From an uncultured delta proteobacterium (GTDB taxonomy: Bacteria; Desulfobacterota; Desulfobacteria; Desulfobacterales; JAFDCJ01), in NCBI GenBank assembly GCA_963769935.1, contig CAVYNY010000015.1, positions 1 to 64,000 on the forward strand: DNA of 64,000 bases, in the 5' to 3' direction. Below the pieces are notes generated by a model. That model did no database searches and was not told the origin of the DNA. It saw only the letters and a program-made list of their open reading frames with translations. Shown here in pieces: positions 11,313-20,434 of the stretch. A program made the translations under genes and the position numbers. Position 1 is the stretch's first letter, and each line of letters begins with the position of its first letter.

Positions 11313-12872
11313 TTAGTGTAAGCCTTTATCAGGCGCGATGCTTTTTTTTTGACGGAAAAAAATAGTGAACGGAACCAGTGCTGCCGTAGCCAGGGCCAGC
11401 AGCCAAAATGTATCGTTAAATGCCATCATATTCGCCTGTCGCAGCACCCGCTGATAGATCTCATCGAGGGCGGCATTGGCGCCTGCCATTTGCGGCTGGT
11501 GGATTTGCAGCCATTGTTGCACCTGATTGTAATACTGCTGCAAACTCGAATTATAGGGGGTGACATGTTCCGCCAGAAATGTCTGATGCAGCTGGCTGCG
11601 CCGGACAAGAACAGTTGTGCAGAAGGCCACGCCGACACTGCCCCCCAGGTTCCGCAGCAGATTGAAGATCCCCGATGCATTGCCGGTTTCTTCATTGGGG
11701 ATGCCGGAAAAGGTCGCTGCCGAAAGCGGCACGAAGAAAAGCCCCAGGCCGAAGCCCTGCAGGATCCTGGGCCAGACGACTGCCCGAAAGCTGGCCTCCA
11801 GATTAAAACCCGACATCAGCCATAGCGCGCAGGCGCTGATCGTTAGTCCGATCCCCAGCAGCAGTCGCGGACTGACATTTTTTTTCATCATCAGTCCTGC
11901 CAGCGGCATGATAAAAAAGGCTGCGATGCCTCCGGGACCGAGAACCAGCCCCGCCCAAAACGACGTATATCCCATGAGATTCTGCAGGTAAAGCGGAAGC
12001 AGCACAATACTGCCGAAGAGACAGAAAAAACCGGCAAACATAATCAGGTTGCCGACCGCAAAGCTGCGATCCCGAAAAGCTCTCAGATTCACCACCGGGT
12101 GGGGGATGCGCAATTCGACGATCAGAAAAAGAAGCAGGGCCGTCCCGGAGATAAGGCTGAAAGCGACGATAAAGTTCGAGCTGAACCAATCGTCCCGCTG
12201 ACCCTTATCCAGAACAATTTGCAGGCATCCCAGTCCGACGGCCAAAAAAAACAGACCCCATGTATCGATTTTGATCTGACGCCGGCGGATATAGCCGGGG
12301 TCATGGATGAAAAAAAATACCAGCCCAATCGCCAGAATGCCCGCCGGCAGATTTATATAAAATACCCAGCGCCAGTTCCAGGTATCGGTGAGCCAGCCGC
12401 CGAGCACCGGACCCAGAATCGGTGCCAAAACAACTCCCATACCAAAAAAGGCCATCGCCAGACCCCGCTCTTCCTCAGGAAATGATTCCAGCAGGATGGC
12501 CTGCGAAATGGGCTGCAGCCCGCCCCCGCCGATGCCCTGAAAAATCCTGGCGACAATGAGGACCGCCAGCGAGAGTGCGGATCCGCACAGAACCGAACTG
12601 GCAGTGAAGAGGATCAAAGAAAATATAAGGTAGCGCTTCCTGCCGAAAATACCGGCCAGCCAGCCGCTGATCGAAATGATGATCGCATTTGACACCAGAT
12701 AGGAAGTCAGAATCCACGTCACCTCGTCCAGACCCGCACTGAGGCTGCCCTGGATATGAGGCAGCGAGACGTTGACGACGCTGATGTCCATGATCTCGAT
12801 GAACGTCGGCAGCATCACCGTGACGGCCACAATCCATTTGTTGGCCCGATGGGTTTCAAGGGAGGTCGTCAT
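11313..12872 (-). CDS. emrB: DHA2 (EmrB/QacA) MFS efflux permease
   Basis: MDISVVNVSLPHI, WILTSYL, APILGPVLGGWL, WRWVFYINLP; multi-TM. Confidence 0.9.
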   Translation of the reverse strand: MTTSLETHRANKWIVAVTVMLPTFIEIMDISVVNVSLPHIQGSLSAGLDEVTWILTSYLVSNAIIISISGWLAGIFGRKRYLIFSLILFTASSVLCGSALSLAVLIVARIFQGIGGGGLQPISQAILLESFPEEERGLAMAFFGMGVVLAPILGPVLGGWLTDTWNWRWVFYINLPAGILAIGLVFFFIHDPGYIRRRQIKIDTWGLFFLAVGLGCLQIVLDKGQRDDWFSSNFIVAFSLISGTALLLFLIVELRIPHPVVNLRAFRDRSFAVGNLIMFAGFFCLFGSIVLLPLYLQNLMGYTSFWAGLVLGPGGIAAFFIMPLAGLMMKKNVSPRLLLGIGLTISACALWLMSGFNLEASFRAVVWPRILQGFGLGLFFVPLSAATFSGIPNEETGNASGIFNLLRNLGGSVGVAFCTTVLVRRSQLHQTFLAEHVTPYNSSLQQYYNQVQQWLQIHQPQMAGANAALDEIYQRVLRQANMMAFNDTFWLLALATAALVPFTIFFRQKKSIAPDKGLH

Positions 12873-14149
12873 CTTTGTGATTTGGGCTTGGCGCTTGGGT
12901 CTTCCGCCCGCAGCGTCCGGCCGCTGCGATCCGAAGTGTTGATAGTGACTTCCAATGACAATCCCACCCGCAGCGGGTAACCGGGCGGTGGCGGGACAGC
13001 CAGAGAAATTTTTACGGGAATGCGCTGGACGATCTTGATCCAGTTTCCGGTTGCGTTCTCAGGCGGGAGCAGTGAAAAGGCGGCGCCGGTGCCGGCGCGA
13101 ATCCCGACCACTTTTCCATGATACGTATAATCCGGATAGATGTCCGCGTGAATGACGGCCGGCTGCCCGATACGCACATGGGTCAGGTCGGTTTCCTTAA
13201 AATTGGCTTCCACATAAATTTCCTGCAGAGGGACAACCGCCATCAGGGCCAGGCCCGGCTGAATGCGATCCCCGACCTGGACCGATTTCTGGGCGATAAA
13301 ACCGGTGATGGGAGCCGCTAGCGTGCAGTAAGAAAGATTTAATTGGGCTGCATCCAGCTCGGCCCGGTAAACGTCGCGCTGAGCTTTCAAGGAGGCCAGC
13401 CGGTAATGCTCGATATCGTTTTCATAGAGATCGGCGCGGGCCGATTTCAATTGGGCCTCGGCCTGGTTAATTTCTTGCTCGATGGCTGCCAGTGAATCGT
13501 TTTCCGAAGATATCCGGGCATCGACTGCGTCAAGGGCGGCCTGCGTTTGCTTAAATTTGGTGCGCGCCTCATCCCATCGCTGCGCCGCGACGGCACCGTC
13601 GCGAAAAAGTTTTTCATAACGTTTGAAATCCTTTTGGGCTAATGAGAATTGCGCCGCGGCCGCATCCCGCTGACTGTCCAGTTCCAGCAATTGGTTCTTG
13701 GTTGCCCGGTGTTTGTCATGGGCGGCCTTTAATGCGGCTTCCGCGGTCGCGACCTGGGCTTTGGTTTGAATGTCGGTCTGAGAAACGGAAGCTTCAAGGG
13801 CCTGGACGTCGGCTTCGGATTGAGCCAACTGGGCCTGTGCTTTCTGAACCGAAGTTTTGTAAACCGCCGGATCGATTTCCACAAGGGTCTGACCGGGCCT
13901 CACAAAATAATCGTTGTGAACCGGCACCCGCATAACCGTTCCGGACACGCGGCTGCTGATTTGAGCGCTGTCGGCCATGGCATAGGAATCTTCCGTACTG
14001 ACACGGTTGTACTCGAAAAACCACCAATAGGCGGCGCCTGCCGCCGCCAAAATAACGACCAGAAGCCCGAGTATGATAATTTTTTTTTTGCCAAACCGCT
14101 TTTTAGTTTCGGATTTGGATTCGCCGTCACGATTATTCAATTCAGCCAT
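12869..14149 (-). CDS. emrA: HlyD/EmrA membrane fusion protein
   Basis: N-terminal TM, coiled coil, FSLLPPENATGNWIKIVQRIPV. Confidence 0.9.
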   Translation of the reverse strand: MAELNNRDGESKSETKKRFGKKKIIILGLLVVILAAAGAAYWWFFEYNRVSTEDSYAMADSAQISSRVSGTVMRVPVHNDYFVRPGQTLVEIDPAVYKTSVQKAQAQLAQSEADVQALEASVSQTDIQTKAQVATAEAALKAAHDKHRATKNQLLELDSQRDAAAAQFSLAQKDFKRYEKLFRDGAVAAQRWDEARTKFKQTQAALDAVDARISSENDSLAAIEQEINQAEAQLKSARADLYENDIEHYRLASLKAQRDVYRAELDAAQLNLSYCTLAAPITGFIAQKSVQVGDRIQPGLALMAVVPLQEIYVEANFKETDLTHVRIGQPAVIHADIYPDYTYHGKVVGIRAGTGAAFSLLPPENATGNWIKIVQRIPVKISLAVPPPPGYPLRVGLSLEVTINTSDRSGRTLRAEDPSAKPKSQR

Positions 14150-14275
14150 AGTATTTTACTTTTGTAACGGTTCCCACGGTGCAGGTTTAACCATAGGGAC
14201 TGTTAGCAACGGTTTTCAGTTTATACGGATTTGTCCGAAATTTCCTTCTAATAATAATCCCTCACAAAAATATCT

Positions 14276-14294
14276 ATAAGGTAAAACCAGTATT
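14276..14294. promoter_or_regulatory. Motif 2 site upstream of emrAB
   Basis: ATAAGGTAAAACCAGTATT. Confidence 0.45.
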
Positions 14295-14329
14295 TGAGTC
14301 GCGCGGCCATGGTATATGAAGTGCTTTTC

Positions 14330-14421
14330 TGTAGGAAAAACACCTACCGCTCAAAAAGACGATCACTTACAAAAAATTAGGACGGATGCCGATACAATTT
14401 GTGCTTCGAGTGGATTATTTT
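14330..14421 (+). promoter_or_regulatory. Motif 1 promoter module (before BON/DedA-PAP2)
   Basis: TGTAGGA...ACTTAC...CCGATA(14389)-N21-TATTTT. Confidence 0.65.
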
Positions 14422-14449
14422 TGCGGAAAGTCGAGGGCAAAACCGGAAA

Positions 14450-14668
14450 AATGAGATCGGATTGCTTGAGGTCATTAACAAAATCAATGTCCTGGCCTCA
14501 GACCGCTCGGACACCGCCATCCAACGGGATCTGCGTCTAAGATTTCTGGACAGCCTGGACCCGGAGCTGCAGAATATCACCGTCCACGTGGCGGACGGCC
14601 GGGTCACCCTTTCCGGTCGGGTAGACTCCGAATCCCAGAGAAGAAGAGCCGGTCTGATAAATGATTAA
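14450..14668 (+). pseudogene. BON-domain fragment
   Basis: DRSDTAIQRDL...ITVHVADGRVTLSGRVDSESQRRRA; no convincing in-frame start or signal peptide. Confidence 0.6.
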
Positions 14669-16779
14669 TTTCGCAATGTACAATCAACCTCTTTCCATCA
14701 ATCGAGCAATTAGGAAGCGGGGGCTATTGGATTGCTTTCTCGGCAGCCCTTGTCGAGACGACTATCGGTCTCGGCCTCATATTACCCGGCTCGACCATCA
14801 TTCTTTTCCTTGGAACACTGTCCGGACGCGGCTATCTCGACCCGGTTTATCTTATATGCTTTTCGGTCTCGGGGGCCATTATCGGAGACAACCTGAATTT
14901 CTATCTTGGGCGAAAATATGGAACCAAATGGCTGAAAGGCGGGTTCTGGCTGCTAAAGCCCGACCATATTGAAAAAGCCAAACAATTTATGGATGCTCAC
15001 GGCGCAAAGAGCATTTTCCTCGGCCGTTTTATACCCAGCGTCAAGGAGATAGTTCCTTTTATCGCCGGCAGCGTGAGGATGAAGCAAAGAACTTTCATGT
15101 TCTGGAATGTTCTTGGGGCGGTCGGCTGGGGGGTTGAATGGGTTTTTGCCGGTTACATATTCGCGCAATCCCTTAGTCTCGCCGCACTATGGCTTTCACG
15201 GGCCGGTCTGTTTTTTGCCTTTCTTTTCATATTTGGCAGCATCCTCTACTTCTTCAAATGGCTGATTGTCAGAAAAGGAAAACAATTTTTAATCGTTGCC
15301 GCCTCCCTCGGCCGATCGATCAAAGAGGCGGTGATAAAGAATGAACACGCGGCGGTATGGATGCAAAAACATCCGCGCAGCATCTCGTTTTTGAAGAGCC
15401 GGTTTGATCCGAGCAAATTTTCAGGACTGCCCCTTTCCATATTAACGCTGTCGTTTGTCTATGTTCTGGCTTTGTTTGCCGGGATAGTGGAAGACCTGAT
15501 AACGTCCGAACCCATTATTGCCGCAGACATCCGCATTGCCAATCTTTTATCCGCCTTGCGCACCGAGGCCCTGACCGATTTCTTTACCTGGATAACCGTG
15601 CTCGGTAAGAGCCGGGTCATCCTGGGATTCATAGCCATCTCAGTTGGACTCCTATGGATTTGGAGGAAACGCTATTGCATACTCCCTCTTCTAACAGCGG
15701 TTGTCGGCAGTGAGTTTTTTACGTATTTGGGAAAACTCACCTTCCAGCGCCCTCGTCCGGAGATGGCTGTATATTCAGAAAATTCTTTTTCTTTCCCGAG
15801 CGGCCATGCGACGATAGCCGTCGCTTTTTACGGATTTGCGGGGTACCTCATCGCGCGCTTTTCACGTAGCTGGAATAGAAAGGTCAATATATTTTTCATC
15901 ACAATTCTTCTCATTACAGCGATCGGCTTCAGCCGGATATATCTCGGGGAGCATTATGTAAGCGACGTGTGGAGCGGTTATCTTGTCGGAGCGATGTGGC
16001 TGATTATCGCGGTTTCCCTGTCCGAATGGTTGCAGCAGAAAGTTAAGGGTGATCGATTCATATCCCCTGATGCCGGGGCCCGTCCGATCTCTTTTGTTCT
16101 CGCCTTCGTCGCCATCGTGTTCTATGCCGGGTATGCCATAAATTACCATCCTTCGCCGGTGTCAGTTAAATCGATTAGCACTGTTGTTGTCCCGAAAAGT
16201 ACGGATATTTTTACCAATGAACAAATGAAATACACCGAGACGCTGATCGGTGACAGACAAGAGCCGATAAACTTTATTTTCGTAGCCGGGGATGACGGCC
16301 AGCTGGCTGCAACAATGGCGCAGGCTGGGTGGACTTTAACCGACAAGGCGAAAATATCATCTTTTATCAGGGCAGTTAAGGCCTTGATATTAAGAAGGCC
16401 GTATCCATCCGCGCCGATCGCGCCTTCATTCTGGAATACGAAAATACAGGATTTGAGTTTTGCCAAGATGCCGGGACCAAATTGGCTCAGTGATGCGCAG
16501 CATGTTAAAATATGGCGCACCCACTTTGTGCTGAAAAATGGAAATAAAATCTATGTCGGCATGGTTAATGCCAACCATGGTTTCAAGTGGGGCTTTATTC
16601 CGAAAATCAGTCCGGATTTAGATGCTGAACGAGAGTTGTTGTATCAGGATCTTGTTCGGACAGGAAAAACAAAAAATCACTTGAAGATACAGCTGGTAAA
16701 ACCTCAACTCGGAAAAAATTTTATAGGAGAACAATTTTTTACCGACGGCAAGGCCTATATAATTTCACTCGCAATATGA
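14661..16779 (+). CDS. DedA + PAP2 + LssY C-terminal domain membrane protein, frameshifts in 5' part
   Basis: DedA motifs (LPGSTI, GDNLNFYLGR, GRFIP) in frames upstream of and within ORF 14989; PAP2 RPRP, SFPSGHA, SRIYLGEHYVSDV; LssY-like EPINFIF...AGW...D-ER. Confidence 0.85.
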
Positions 16780-16945
16780 TCAGCGAACCGGGCAGGAATT
16801 TCAGGATAGGGACTTTGCTCCAATGGAAATAGTGGAATGTTGCAATAGTGGGAAAATGGTTTTATCGGTTAGTTCGTTTGCCGGTTTGACAAAACGAGTC
16901 AACGGGCCAACCGGCCCACCGGCCAATTGCAGCACCGTCTAACCG

Positions 16946-17037
16946 TGTAAGACGATCACGGACAAAAAAGTCAGTAGATATCCTACCTGAATATCGGAAG
17001 GATTCCGATACCCCCGCCGCGCAGATCTTCTTATTTT
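16946..17037 (+). promoter_or_regulatory. Motif 1 promoter module (before tandem USP and PRC copy 2)
   Basis: TGTAAGA...TCCTAC...CCGATA(17005)-N21-TATTTT. Confidence 0.7.
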
Positions 17038-17097
17038 CGATTTACAAAGAGGAAAAAGACAAAAATCGAATAAATGCGCAGGAGAGGAGAACCTTGC

Positions 17098-17979
17098 ATG
17101 ACGGACGCGGAAAACAGACCGCCTTACATTCTCGTAGCTGATGATTATTCGACAGAAGCCCAGGCGGCCGCCCAGGCGGCTATCCAGATCGCACGCAACC
17201 AGAACCTGGCGGTTCGAGGGCTCTATGTGGTAGACGAGGTCCTGGCCCTTGACACCTATGCCAACTACCATGCCGAACTGCCGCTTCTGTCACGGACATC
17301 TAATGGTGACCACCGCGAACCGACCTCGCGCGCCGAACTCCTGAGTTGGTTCCAGTCCCAGGGGGAGGCAGCCCTGAATCGGCTGCAGAATGCGTGTGCC
17401 GAAGCCGGGGTACCGGTGAGCGCTAAATTACTGGCCGGCGGCGTACCGGAAATGGTAATCCGCGAGGCTGCCCAGGCTCAAATGCTGGCTCTTGGCCGCC
17501 GCGGCCATCGTCACGGGGATGATGTGAGTTCCCTGGGGTACAATTTCCGTAAAATTGCCCATCAAGTGCACCTGCCCATGCTTGTAGGAGGCCTGACAAC
17601 GCCTTCCCTGCATCGTCTGTTATTGGCCTACCACGGCCTGGCGCACGCCGACGAGGCCCTGGCCTGGGCCGCACGGCTGCAGCGGGGTCTATCGGCCGAG
17701 GTAATCGTGCTAACCGTTTTTGATGACACCAAATCCGGCTTATCCGGGATTAGTCTGGAAGAAATCAAGGCCAGGCTGGCGCACAGCGACCTGGCTGCCT
17801 ATCGCTTCTTAACCGGCCAAGGCCGGCTATCGACCGTAATGGCCGACATTGCGGTCGCCCACGATGTCGATCTGATCATCCTGGGCAGTTATCGCCACGG
17901 TTCCCTGGTCGAATGGCTCGTTGGAAGCACCGTGGATCAATTACTGCAGGCGGCATCGTTGCCGATACTCATCGCCTGA
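17098..17979 (+). CDS. Tandem-domain universal stress protein
   Basis: ILVADDYS...LALGRRG; DLIILGSYRHG...GSTVDQLL; RBS GAGGAG. Confidence 0.85.
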   Translation: MTDAENRPPYILVADDYSTEAQAAAQAAIQIARNQNLAVRGLYVVDEVLALDTYANYHAELPLLSRTSNGDHREPTSRAELLSWFQSQGEAALNRLQNACAEAGVPVSAKLLAGGVPEMVIREAAQAQMLALGRRGHRHGDDVSSLGYNFRKIAHQVHLPMLVGGLTTPSLHRLLLAYHGLAHADEALAWAARLQRGLSAEVIVLTVFDDTKSGLSGISLEEIKARLAHSDLAAYRFLTGQGRLSTVMADIAVAHDVDLIILGSYRHGSLVEWLVGSTVDQLLQAASLPILIA

Positions 17980-18029
17980 AGACGCAAATCGATGACTCCC
18001 AGCAAGAATATACAAGGAGGAATTGAAAA

Positions 18030-18935
18030 ATGAAAAAATATCTTTTCGTAACACTTTTGGCCATTGTTATGTTTTTCCCGCCGGAAGGTGTTCTGGCGAA
18101 TGCTAAAAACAGCCCGGTGCAGGACAGCACTACGGGCAGCGTGCGGGAAGGCGATCATATCAATGCTTTTCGCATTGATAAAATTATTGGTTCCGCGGTG
18201 ATGAATCTCGATGGCAAGCGCATAGGAACCATCAATGACCTGGTCATCGACATCGATACGGGAAATATTATGTATGCCGTCCTCGAATTCGGTGGATTTA
18301 TGGGCTTCGGCGACAAGCTGTTTGCCGTTCCCTGGCACTCCCTGACAACGGTTCCGGCCGAAGGAATATTCATCATCGATCAATCAAAAGCAAAACTTGA
18401 AAAAGCCCCGGGTTTTAATAAGAATAATTGGCCGGATGTCGGTGATCGGACCTGGGGAGCCGGGATATACGAATTCTATCGCCACCACGTTCCCGAGCAT
18501 CTGGCTTCTGCGGCTCCGGAAACCTCTCCGCAACAGAAAATTCATCGCGGCTACCTTCCCTATCGAGAGTATGCGGACGAGCTTTACCCTTATCCGGGTG
18601 TTTGGCAAAACATCTATGGAAATTTGTTTAATCCTAAAAAAATAGAAACCGTGAGCGGCGAAATCGTAAGGGTTGAATATCATGAGGAGGCAAGACTGAT
18701 CATTTATACCGACGCGAAAAAGCCTGTTCTGGTGGCTTTAGGACCGACCGGCTATTTAGAAAGCCAGCCCACTACCCTGCGCCCGGGCAATAGGGTAACT
18801 GTGACCGGGTCAGAGGTAGTTGTGGATGATACACCTTTTTTGATCGCTGAAAAAATAAAAAAGGGAAAGGAGGAATTGCAGTTAAGAGACAATGAAGGTA
18901 ACCCCATGTGGATCGGGTGGAAACAAATCAAGTAA
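18030..18935 (+). CDS. Secreted PRC-barrel/OB-fold protein, copy 2
   Basis: Full-length paralogue of 4726..5628 with long identical blocks. Confidence 0.75.
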   Translation: MKKYLFVTLLAIVMFFPPEGVLANAKNSPVQDSTTGSVREGDHINAFRIDKIIGSAVMNLDGKRIGTINDLVIDIDTGNIMYAVLEFGGFMGFGDKLFAVPWHSLTTVPAEGIFIIDQSKAKLEKAPGFNKNNWPDVGDRTWGAGIYEFYRHHVPEHLASAAPETSPQQKIHRGYLPYREYADELYPYPGVWQNIYGNLFNPKKIETVSGEIVRVEYHEEARLIIYTDAKKPVLVALGPTGYLESQPTTLRPGNRVTVTGSEVVVDDTPFLIAEKIKKGKEELQLRDNEGNPMWIGWKQIK

Positions 18936-18967
18936 TTTAACTTCTCGAAATTTCTACAACTGTTTGA

Positions 18968-19003
18968 GTAAAGAATCCTGGCCCGCTGGGCCAGGATTCT
19001 TTA
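18968..19003. terminator. Perfect 16-bp hairpin (repeat copy 3), probable bidirectional terminator
   Basis: taaagaatcctggccc-gct-gggccaggattcttta between convergent genes; includes the kinase stop codon. Confidence 0.7.
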
Positions 19004-19900
19004 TTTATGCAAATTTGATTCCATGGCCCCGGGAATCACCACAGCGGCGCGGGTGCCCTGTCCAGGCTTTGAAATCAGATTCAGCCGACCGCCCAGCCGG
19101 CCGAGACGTTCGCGTATACTGATTAAACCAAACCCATTTTTAATTGCCTGCTCATCGGCCAGACCGGCGACGTCGAACCCGATACCGTCATCCACCACGT
19201 TTATGCGGATCTGGTTGCCTGCGCTGCTGATCGAAATGGTCACATGCCGTGCCTGGGCATGTTTGACGACATTGATCAACAGCTCCCGGATGGTTCGAAA
19301 GAGCAGGACCCGCAAATCCCGGCCCAACGTATCGGTAGTTCCGTCGCCGATGCACTCAACCTGGATCCCATGGGCTTCCTGAATGCGATGCGCGAGGCTG
19401 CGCAATGTTGCCTCCAGGCCGGATTCATCCAAAATCCAGGGATAGAACTCGAACATCAACAACCGGGTTTGTTTAATGGCCTGATCAATAAAGTCGAGAC
19501 ACTCGCCCACCCGCATATGGCGGGTGCCGTCAGGCAAATCCGTCTGCAGGGATTCCAACTTGAAGCGACAACCTGCCAGACATTGAGCGACGGTATCGTG
19601 AAGATCCTGCGCCAGCCGCTGCCGTTCCCGCTCTTCGCTTAACCGCAGCTCCGATGCCAGCGCGCGGACCTGATTCCTGCAGCTGCGCAGCTGCTTCGCG
19701 GCCTGTTTGCACTTCGCAGTTTCCTGCTGCACTTGGGCTTTGGCTTTCAGCAGTCGGACGCTATGCTCCACCACAGTCAGCTTCGACTCACGCAAGGCAG
19801 GTTGAGATTCCATTAAGGGTTGGCTCTTCCATTGGTTCAATTCATCAATTTTATACCTGGCATTCAGCAGGTCCATCTTGATTTTGTCCGAATTTTCCAT
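19001..19900 (-). CDS. Soluble HisKA_3/HATPase_c histidine kinase (NarX/UhpB type) without sensor domain
   Basis: EERERQRLAQDLHD, ELLINVVKHA, DDGIGF, GFGL; RBS AGGAGGAG before ATG 19900; only a coiled coil N-terminally. Confidence 0.9.
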   Translation of the reverse strand: MENSDKIKMDLLNARYKIDELNQWKSQPLMESQPALRESKLTVVEHSVRLLKAKAQVQQETAKCKQAAKQLRSCRNQVRALASELRLSEERERQRLAQDLHDTVAQCLAGCRFKLESLQTDLPDGTRHMRVGECLDFIDQAIKQTRLLMFEFYPWILDESGLEATLRSLAHRIQEAHGIQVECIGDGTTDTLGRDLRVLLFRTIRELLINVVKHAQARHVTISISSAGNQIRINVVDDGIGFDVAGLADEQAIKNGFGLISIRERLGRLGGRLNLISKPGQGTRAAVVIPGAMESNLHK

Positions 19901-19979
19901 AGTCTTGCTCCTCCTTGTGGATTTGACGATCCCGCCGGAATTTCCCGGTTGAACGCAGCCGGCGCGGTTTGATACCGAC

Positions 19980-20072
19980 ACCATATATCTTCCCGCTTAA
20001 ATCCGGTATCGGAGTCTCTCCTATTTTAATGTAAGATTTTGAGAGACTTTTTGTGTCCGTGTTTGTCTTACA
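19980..20072 (-). promoter_or_regulatory. Motif 1 promoter module (before histidine kinase)
   Basis: Minus strand TGTAAGA...TCTTAC...CCGATA-N21-TATGGT. Confidence 0.7.
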
Positions 20073-20434
20073 AGCCGAAACCGGCCAAGGAAACCCGCCC
20101 TCCGGCTTGCCGGCCGGCAGAGCATGCCCTTAAGTTGTATAAAATGTTTTCTTAAAGTGAGCTGCCTTATTGAAAGTCCTTAGCGATATTACGTGATCCG
20201 AGCCGGAGGCCAGTATCGTAGCGCTATAATTGCCTGACTGATTTCTGCCAAACACAAAGAGCTAAAAATGCCAACGTTGGGGCAAAGTACATTGTCGACC
20301 TTATTTTAGGTGGAAAATCGATGTATTTTTGCCGGATGCAGGCGTCGCCTCTTGTGAATCAGGATTAAAAAGCTAATTATTGACCAAGCGAGAAATCTAA
20401 AGAAATTCACAGTAAAGGAGGAGACGGCCATTCC

